Shown here: positions 57,760-64,000 of the stretch, in pieces | Layout of the letters: each line of letters opens with the position of its first letter | Numbering within the stretch: the first letter of the stretch is position 1 | DNA from: Nevskia sp. | Lineage (GTDB): Bacteria > Pseudomonadota > Gammaproteobacteria > Nevskiales > Nevskiaceae | DNA length: 64,000 nucleotides | Assembly: GCA_031291075.1 (NCBI GenBank) | Contig: JARLJS010000046.1 | Span: 2,386 to 66,385, forward strand | Direction: 5' to 3' | Notes under the pieces: generated by a model | Told to the model about the DNA's origin: nothing | Databases searched by the model: none | The model's input: the letters and a program-made list of their open reading frames with translations, nothing else | Translations under genes and position numbers: made by a program

Positions 57760-59157
57760 ATGCCCCCCCGCGCCGCACCCTCCCGCCGCCGCAAGCCGGC
57801 GCCTCCCGCACCGAAGGCCGCGCCCAAGGTGGGGTTCGTCTCGCTGGGCTGCCCCAAGGCGCTGGTGGACTCGGAACGCATCCTGACCCAGCTGCGCGCG
57901 GAAGGCTACGAAACGGTACCCAGCTACGGCGCCGCGGACGTGGTGGTGGTCAACACCTGCGGCTTCATCGATTCGGCGGTGGAGGAATCGCTGGATGCCA
58001 TCGGCGAGGCCTTGAGCGAGAACGGCAAGGTCATCGTCACCGGCTGCCTGGGCGCCAAGTCCGGCGTGATCCGCGAGCGCTTTCCGGAGGTGCTGTCGAT
58101 CACCGGGCCGCAGGATTACAAGGGCGTGATGGAGGCGGTGCACACCGCGGTGCCGCCGCAGCACGATCCTTTCGTGGACCTGCTGCCGCCCCACCGGCGC
58201 CGTGGCGCCGGACCAGACGATGTCGGCGTCAAGCTCACGCCAAAGCACTACGCGTACCTCAAGATCGCCGAGGGCTGCAATCACAAGTGCAGCTTCTGCA
58301 TCATCCCCTCCATGCGCGGCAAGCTGGCCTCGCGCCCGGTGGACGAGGTGCTGGTGGAGGCGGAGAAGCTGGTCAAGGCCGGCGTGCAGGAGCTGCTGGT
58401 GATCTCGCAGGACACCAGCGCCTACGGCGCCGACCTCAAGTACGCGGCCAGGCCCTGGCGCGGCGCCGAATACGAAACCCGCATGCTCGACCTCTGCCGC
58501 GGCCTGGGCTCGCTCGGCGCCTGGGTGCGGCTGCACTACGTCTACCCCTACCCGCACGTGGACGACATCATCGGGCTGATGGCGGAGGGCAGGATCCTGC
58601 CCTACCTCGACGTGCCGTTCCAGCACGCCAGCCCGCGTGTGCTCAAGGCGATGAAGCGCCCCGCCGCCGCCGAGAACACGCTGCGCCGCATCGCCGCCTG
58701 GCGCTCCATCTGCCCCGATATCACGCTGCGCAGCACCTTCATCGTCGGCTTTCCCGGCGAGACCGAGCGCGAATTCCGCACATTGCTGGACTGGCTGGAC
58801 GAGGCGCAGCTCGACCGCGTGGGCTGCTTCAAGTACTCACCGGTGGAAGGCGCCAGCGCCAACCTGCTGGCGGACGCGGTGCCGGAGGAAGTGAAGGAGG
58901 AACGGCTGGAGCGCTTCATGGAGAGGCAGGCCGGCATCAGCGGCGCGCGCCTGCAGGCGAAGGTCGGCCGCACCCTGGAAGTGCTGATCGACGAGGTGAC
59001 GCCGGAGGGCGTGATCGCCCGCTCCTGGGCGGATGCGCCGGAGATCGACGGCAAGGTCTATATCGAAGGCAAGCTCAAGCCGGTGCCGGGTCAGCGGGTC
59101 AAGGTGAAGGTGACCGACGCCGACACCCACGACCTGTACGCCGAGCTGGCGCGCTGA
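57760..59157 (+). CDS. rimO: Ribosomal protein S12 methylthiotransferase
   Basis: '[13 protein letters not shown]', 'NTCGFI..A..ES', radical-SAM '[10 protein letters not shown]', 'RLHYVYPYP', C-terminal TRAM domain. Confidence 0.97.
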   Translation: MPPRAAPSRRRKPAPPAPKAAPKVGFVSLGCPKALVDSERILTQLRAEGYETVPSYGAADVVVVNTCGFIDSAVEESLDAIGEALSENGKVIVTGCLGAKSGVIRERFPEVLSITGPQDYKGVMEAVHTAVPPQHDPFVDLLPPHRRRGAGPDDVGVKLTPKHYAYLKIAEGCNHKCSFCIIPSMRGKLASRPVDEVLVEAEKLVKAGVQELLVISQDTSAYGADLKYAARPWRGAEYETRMLDLCRGLGSLGAWVRLHYVYPYPHVDDIIGLMAEGRILPYLDVPFQHASPRVLKAMKRPAAAENTLRRIAAWRSICPDITLRSTFIVGFPGETEREFRTLLDWLDEAQLDRVGCFKYSPVEGASANLLADAVPEEVKEERLERFMERQAGISGARLQAKVGRTLEVLIDEVTPEGVIARSWADAPEIDGKVYIEGKLKPVPGQRVKVKVTDADTHDLYAELAR

Positions 59158-59177
59158 ACCGAACCGACGGGCTGTGA

Positions 59178-59285
59178 CGTCATGCCGGCGCAAGCCGGTA
59201 TCCAGCGCGCGTAGCCCGGATGGAGTGAAACGGAATCCGGGGGCATAACGCACCCCGGATTCCACTTCGTTTCATCCGGGCTACG
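59178..59285. repeat. REP cluster (CGTC-type palindrome + GTAG-type inverted doublet)
   Basis: CGTCATGCCGGCGCAAGCCGGTATCCAG, then CGTAGCCCGGATG...AATCCGGGG / CCCCGGATT...CATCCGGGCTACG (59210-59285), between convergent genes. Confidence 0.85.
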
Positions 59286-59297
59286 ATGAGCTTGCCG

Positions 59298-60194
59298 TCA
59301 CAACAGAGAATTCGCCAGCGGCACGGTCAGCAGCGACAGCAGGATGCCCGCGCCCAGCACGGTGTTGGCGAGCGGCGGCTCCAGCCGGTACTGGTCGGCC
59401 AGGATCGCGGCGGAGATCATCGGCGCCATCGCCGCCTGCAGCACGCCTACCACCAGCACCAGGCCGCTCACGCCGGTGGCCACGCCCAGCAGGTAGCACA
59501 GCGCCGGCGCGGCAAACATTTTCCAGCCCAGGCCCAGGCCGAGCGCGCCGAGCTGCGAACGCCCCAGGTGCAGGCGGAACTGCAGGCCCACCGAGAACAA
59601 CGCCAGCGGCGTGAGCGAGGAGCCGATGCGCTCCAGCGCCTTGTGGGCCGCGTCCGGCCAGCCGCCCAAGGCGCCGACCAGCAGCCCGCCGAGCAGCGCC
59701 AGGAAGGCGGGGAACAGCAGGATGCGCCGCAGCACCTCGGCCGGCATCAGAGTGCGGCCGGCGTAGACCGCCGTCACCGCCACCCCGCCCACGGCCAGGG
59801 CCACGAAGCAGCCCACTTGGTCGGCGATCACCGCCAGGGCCAGCCCCTCCTGACCGCGCAAGGCTTCGATCATGGGATAGCCCATGAACGAGGTATTGCC
59901 GAGCCCGGCCACCAGGATCAGCGCGCCGACGCGCCCGCGCGACCAGCCCAGTCGCGGACCGAGCAGACCGAACAGCAGCCAGGCGAAGACGAACAGCAGC
60001 CACTGCGTGGCAACGAGGAACCACAGGTGCGGATCGAGCCGCACCCGCGGTATCAGGTCCAGCACCAGGGCCGGAAGGGCGATGTTGAGCACCCACCAGT
60101 TGAGGTGCTGCGCCAGGCCCGCCGGTGGACGGGCGTAACGGCTGGCCAGGACGCCGAGGGCGAGACAGAGGACCAGCAGCAGCAGGGCGCTCAT
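59298..60194 (-). CDS. AEC (auxin efflux carrier)-family transporter
   Basis: 'V.NIALPAL', 'GNTSFMGYP', 'PLALFSVG', 'AAMAP'; about 10 hydrophobic segments. Confidence 0.92.
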   Translation of the reverse strand: MSALLLLVLCLALGVLASRYARPPAGLAQHLNWWVLNIALPALVLDLIPRVRLDPHLWFLVATQWLLFVFAWLLFGLLGPRLGWSRGRVGALILVAGLGNTSFMGYPMIEALRGQEGLALAVIADQVGCFVALAVGGVAVTAVYAGRTLMPAEVLRRILLFPAFLALLGGLLVGALGGWPDAAHKALERIGSSLTPLALFSVGLQFRLHLGRSQLGALGLGLGWKMFAAPALCYLLGVATGVSGLVLVVGVLQAAMAPMISAAILADQYRLEPPLANTVLGAGILLSLLTVPLANSLL

Positions 60195-60305
60195 GATCGG
60201 AGAAAGTGCGGATACGGCGGGCGCCGCCGTACAGCGGCCTGCCCCCTGAAAAACAGGGCGCAAGTGTACCGCACTGTCCGGCGGCGGGCGCCTGCGCTAG
60301 GTTCC

Positions 60306-63300
60306 CTACTGCGTCACAATGGTGTCGACTTCTGCGGCGTTGCCGCCGACGTTCATGTCGCCTTCGTGGTGGGTGACGGAGAACATGACCGGCCAGGTAC
60401 CCGGAGCGGCAGCCGCGGCATAGACCTGCACCGTCACGGAGCTGCCACCATTACCCGCAACCGGCATGGTTCCCAGGTTGCAGGTATAGGTGTTGATGTT
60501 GCAGGAAATCGATGCGGAAGCGGCATGGATGGAGACGATCCTGATTCCCGCGGGCGGTTCGATCGACAGGGTCACTCCGGTCGCGCTGATGTAGCCGTAA
60601 TTCTTGACCGTCGCGGAATAGGACACCGACGCGCCGTTGGCAACCGTGCCGGCTGAACTGCTGGCCGACACGACGAGTCCGGCAGCACGGGACTGGCAGT
60701 GACAGGAACTGCTCTGGCTGGTCGGGCAGTAGTAAACCGTGCCGGTGCCGGTGTCGCCGAGCAGCGTGCTGACGCTGCTGCAGGTGTTGCCGGACATCAC
60801 CGTCCGCCACGCGATGGGCGCCGTGGTGGAGGTGCCCCAGCCGCGGCTCAGCCCGACACCGAGGCGGTCGACTCCATCGGCCGCGCTGTACCCGACGTTG
60901 TCGATGGTGTTGTTGAACAGGAGGGTGGCATCCGCCATTTTCCAGCCGCTGACCTGGGTGGAGTCCAGCGGACCGGTCCACCAGCTCGGTCCCAGGCCGA
61001 TCGCCCCCAGCGACTGGTTCACGGAGGTTTGCGGGTTGGCGGTATCCGCGTGGATGATGGTGTTTCCGGCCACCGCTGTGGCGTAGCCGAGCACTGGCGG
61101 AGCAGCCGTGTCGTGGGTCGCACCGTATACCAGTTGCACGCCCGAGGCGCTGTTGGATGCGGACCAGTCGTATTCACCATCGATCAGATTGTTGCGTACC
61201 TCGTTCGATGACTGAATGGCCGACATGAAGGACACCGCATCGGGTGAGGGGCCCGGTCCGGGCAACTTGTAGACGTGATTGAGCAGGATGCCGTCGGTGT
61301 CGTACTGCTGGTTGCCTTCGATCGCCGAATCGGCGGTCGAGGAATACCAGGAAATGACGCCGCCACCGGGCCGTTTTGCGTTGGCCTTGGTGCACAGGGG
61401 CTGGCGCTGATCGACGAAATTGTCGACGGTCGCATTCTGCCAATAGCCACGCGCGAGGATCGCCAGGCTGTTGGCTTGCGGCAGGACGTCAAGGGCCGGG
61501 ATGACGGTGAGGCTGACCGTGGGGTTGCCCTTGCCGTCGGTGCCGGTGGCGACCGCGGCGACCTTGCGCCACTGCCCCAGCCCCGGACCCTGCACGATCT
61601 GCAGCCAGAACCCTTGGTAGTAGCCGGGTGTAATCGCGGTGGGCCCGTTGCCGTTGCTGGTCGGGAATGTGCTGACCAGGCTGCCGAGCAGCGTGACGGT
61701 ACTGCTGCCATTGCCGGCCGCGGCGGACACCACGGGCCGCGCTCCGCTACCCGGCGGAGGAGCACCCGCAGGCTGGGGCCCGGTGAAGCCACCCCATTCG
61801 CTGCCGCCGCCGTCGTAGACGATAGCCTCGCCGTCGCCGGCTTTGTCGCCGGAACAGGTGATGGTGTTTTGCGAAACCAGGGTCATTTCCTGGCTGTGGC
61901 CTGTGCTCCAGAAGAAGCCGGCACGCCAGCCTTTCTTGTCGGTGGCGGGATTGTAGAAGTATTGCGTGGACGTTCCGTCCGCGGTGTTGTCGCTGAAATC
62001 GAGCCGCGTGCTGGTCGCGATCTGACTGGCGATGGAACCCTGGGTGTTGTCGGCCGAAACAAAGCTGCCTGGATAGAACGTGTTGTAGGCGATCACCGAA
62101 TCGCTGAACTGGTAAGGATGCTGCTGCGAATCGGGATCGTTGGCGTAGTTCTGGTCCGTGAAGAGGTAGATCGCGGTGGAATATGCACCGCCGAATATAT
62201 TGTTGGTGATGAACACATGATCCACCGGCAGGCCGCCATTACTGATCGCGACGAAAGGCTTGTCGAAAGTGTTCTGGGTGATCACCACGTTCGAGACCTG
62301 CGTCGCCTGCGCTCCTTGTGCGCGGTAGTTATGCGCCCAGTACCATTGCGCGCCGATCTTCAGCATGGGGGACGCCGCGCTGGTTTGCGGCGTATACACG
62401 GCGGCGTCGTGGAAGGTGATGCCCTGCACCGTGTTGTTGCCCTGCAAGGCGAACGTCGACTCCCAGGCGGGAAAGGCAGCGCCGCGCTCAAGGATGGTGG
62501 AAGCAGCCCCCGCACCCATCAGGCTCACGCCCGGCGGCAGCACGAAACCGTCGCCCGGAAGGTTGTAGACGTTGTTGACGTTCATCACCGGCCAGGTGCC
62601 CGCCCCGAGCGTCACCGTGCCGCCGCCCGCCGCGTAGGCCGCATTGACCGCGGCGAGTATGCAGGGCGTCGCATCCTGGTCGGGCAGCCCCGAGGTCCTC
62701 GGCCGGCAGCCGCCGTAGCGCGGATCGCTCACCGCGAACTGCGCCGGAGCCAGCGGGTCCGGCTGCACCACCAGCGTTTGCTGTTGCAAGCTGTTTTCGC
62801 CCGCCAGCGGCACCCAACTCACGCCGTCGCGGCTGACCTTCACCGTGTAGGTGCCGGGCGTCATGCTGGCCGGCAACTGCACCTTGGCGACATAGCGTTC
62901 CAGCGCCGGCGTGGTGCTGGGATCGTTGTTGGCATTGGCCGCCGTCAGGACATAGGTGCTGGGCCCGCTCAGCTGCACCTGGGTCACCTGGCCGGGCGAC
63001 GGCTGGAGGTTGCGGCCTACAATCTTCAGCACGCGCGGCAGCCCGGCGGTGGCCGCGGTCTGGTAGATGTAATCGGGGGTAAACCAGAGCGGACGCGCGT
63101 CGTTGATCATCACCGGATTGCTCCAGTTACCGCGCGCGTCGAGCACCCACAGCGCATAGCTCCGTCCCTGGATCATCGCCGAAGGCAGCTGCACCGTCAG
63201 CGAATAGGGGACATCGGCCACGCTGGCCAGACTGGCGAAGCCTACGCCAGCGGTCGACGACTGCACCGACGGCGGCCGTTGCGGCGTCTTGGTCGTATCG

Positions 63301-63494
63301 GACACGGACTGGTAGACCACCGTGTCGCCCGGCGCCATGGGATAACCGGAAAGCAGCAGCAGATCACCCGGATCGCCGCGCGTCGAGCTTTCGTAATAGG
63401 GATTGCTGAACAATTGTGGCGCGGACCAGCACAGCGCGGGGCACAGCAGCAGCGCAGCCAACAACGACGCAAAGCGTATCCAGCCGGTTTGCAT
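60306..63494 (-). CDS. Large secreted protein with pectin-lyase-like beta-helix and C-terminal DUF11-like Ig domain
   Basis: GGAGGAG RBS, signal peptide; 'DATPCILAAVNAA...GGGTV.L.AGT' and 'LPPGVSL.GAG'; Asn/Thr-rich turns; 'SYSATVKNYG...ATGV.L'. Confidence 0.8.
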   Translation of the reverse strand: MQTGWIRFASLLAALLLCPALCWSAPQLFSNPYYESSTRGDPGDLLLLSGYPMAPGDTVVYQSVSDTTKTPQRPPSVQSSTAGVGFASLASVADVPYSLTVQLPSAMIQGRSYALWVLDARGNWSNPVMINDARPLWFTPDYIYQTAATAGLPRVLKIVGRNLQPSPGQVTQVQLSGPSTYVLTAANANNDPSTTPALERYVAKVQLPASMTPGTYTVKVSRDGVSWVPLAGENSLQQQTLVVQPDPLAPAQFAVSDPRYGGCRPRTSGLPDQDATPCILAAVNAAYAAGGGTVTLGAGTWPVMNVNNVYNLPGDGFVLPPGVSLMGAGAASTILERGAAFPAWESTFALQGNNTVQGITFHDAAVYTPQTSAASPMLKIGAQWYWAHNYRAQGAQATQVSNVVITQNTFDKPFVAISNGGLPVDHVFITNNIFGGAYSTAIYLFTDQNYANDPDSQQHPYQFSDSVIAYNTFYPGSFVSADNTQGSIASQIATSTRLDFSDNTADGTSTQYFYNPATDKKGWRAGFFWSTGHSQEMTLVSQNTITCSGDKAGDGEAIVYDGGGSEWGGFTGPQPAGAPPPGSGARPVVSAAAGNGSSTVTLLGSLVSTFPTSNGNGPTAITPGYYQGFWLQIVQGPGLGQWRKVAAVATGTDGKGNPTVSLTVIPALDVLPQANSLAILARGYWQNATVDNFVDQRQPLCTKANAKRPGGGVISWYSSTADSAIEGNQQYDTDGILLNHVYKLPGPGPSPDAVSFMSAIQSSNEVRNNLIDGEYDWSASNSASGVQLVYGATHDTAAPPVLGYATAVAGNTIIHADTANPQTSVNQSLGAIGLGPSWWTGPLDSTQVSGWKMADATLLFNNTIDNVGYSAADGVDRLGVGLSRGWGTSTTAPIAWRTVMSGNTCSSVSTLLGDTGTGTVYYCPTSQSSSCHCQSRAAGLVVSASSSAGTVANGASVSYSATVKNYGYISATGVTLSIEPPAGIRIVSIHAASASISCNINTYTCNLGTMPVAGNGGSSVTVQVYAAAAAPGTWPVMFSVTHHEGDMNVGGNAAEVDTIVTQ

Positions 63495-63844
63495 GGGCTC
63501 CTCCCCTAAGCATCGATTGCCGAACGCCGATGTTGCGGGTGGCGTTCTACCTTCCTTGACAGTGGACATCCCGGTGCCGATGACACTCCTTCCGCGCATC
63601 CATTCGAGCCGAAGGCGGCAGGCTGTAGCCCTGGAATGCGACGCCTTCAGATTGCGGATTTCACACCGGCGTTTCAACAAACTCCAGCGTGAACGGCAAG
63701 ACGCATGGGATGGACGGGGATTGGCAAACCGGAGATCTGCATCGAATGCCCTGCTCGCTGTCACATGACAGCGCCGGACGAAATCAGCTGCTCTTTATTT
63801 CACGCTGTTCGGCGCCACGCGTCGCGGCGGGCATCCAAAGAGCA

Positions 63845-64000
63845 CTAGTGTCCTGAGTTAGAAGTTCGTTGACAAAAGCGTTTGATTGAAGCCAGGATGT
63901 CGTCGGCGGACTTTGTCCAAGCGAACGGTCGCGGATTTTTGTTGTAGGTCTCCAGGTAGTGGCGAATCGCCGTTTCCAGGGCCAGGGTGCTGCGATGGGT
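63845..64000 (-). mobile_element. IS630-family transposase 3' end (element runs off the window)
   Basis: Minus strand reads '...YLETYNKNPRPFAWTKSADDILASIKRFCQRTSNSGH*', with the TAG stop at the element end (CACTAG/TA target style). Confidence 0.9.

Overview
A 64-kb window from a high-GC bacterium, most likely a gammaproteobacterium (inferred from the tRNA-Phe/yggX/mutY/asmA/rimO neighbourhood). It has three parts. (1) 1-20 kb is a mixed, partly accessory region. It holds an SPFH protein, a P-type ATPase, a prolyl-hydroxylase-like oxygenase, and a VPLPA-CTERM/phosphoesterase/MauG-BthA-like diheme operon. It also holds a lipase-fold protein lacking its catalytic Ser, a MarR-ClC pair, a Ser/Thr kinase-FGE plus cyclase-FHA pair, and an AT-rich island with operators and a candidate structured RNA. 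(2) About 20.1-53.0 kb is a composite island at the 3' end of tRNA-Phe. It carries two toxin-antitoxin modules (one with a nonsense mutation), SNF2 + SWIM-HTH, a serine recombinase-ParB-RepB module, an AAA ATPase and a DUF1016 nuclease. A satellite-like core follows (integrase, regulator, excisionase-like HTH, primase-DUF927 helicase, second tyrosine recombinase), then a complete type I Zorya system and a 4.5-kb decayed tandem element bounded by a duplicated att end. (3) 53-64 kb is core chromosome with REP-like repeats, a large secreted beta-helix protein and the end of an IS630. The best novelty candidate is the ~950-nt non-coding, hairpin-dense, strand-polarised leader in front of the second tyrosine recombinase. 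Next to it, a 92-bp inverted repeat pair brackets the helicase domain. All family assignments come from motif recognition; no database search was run.
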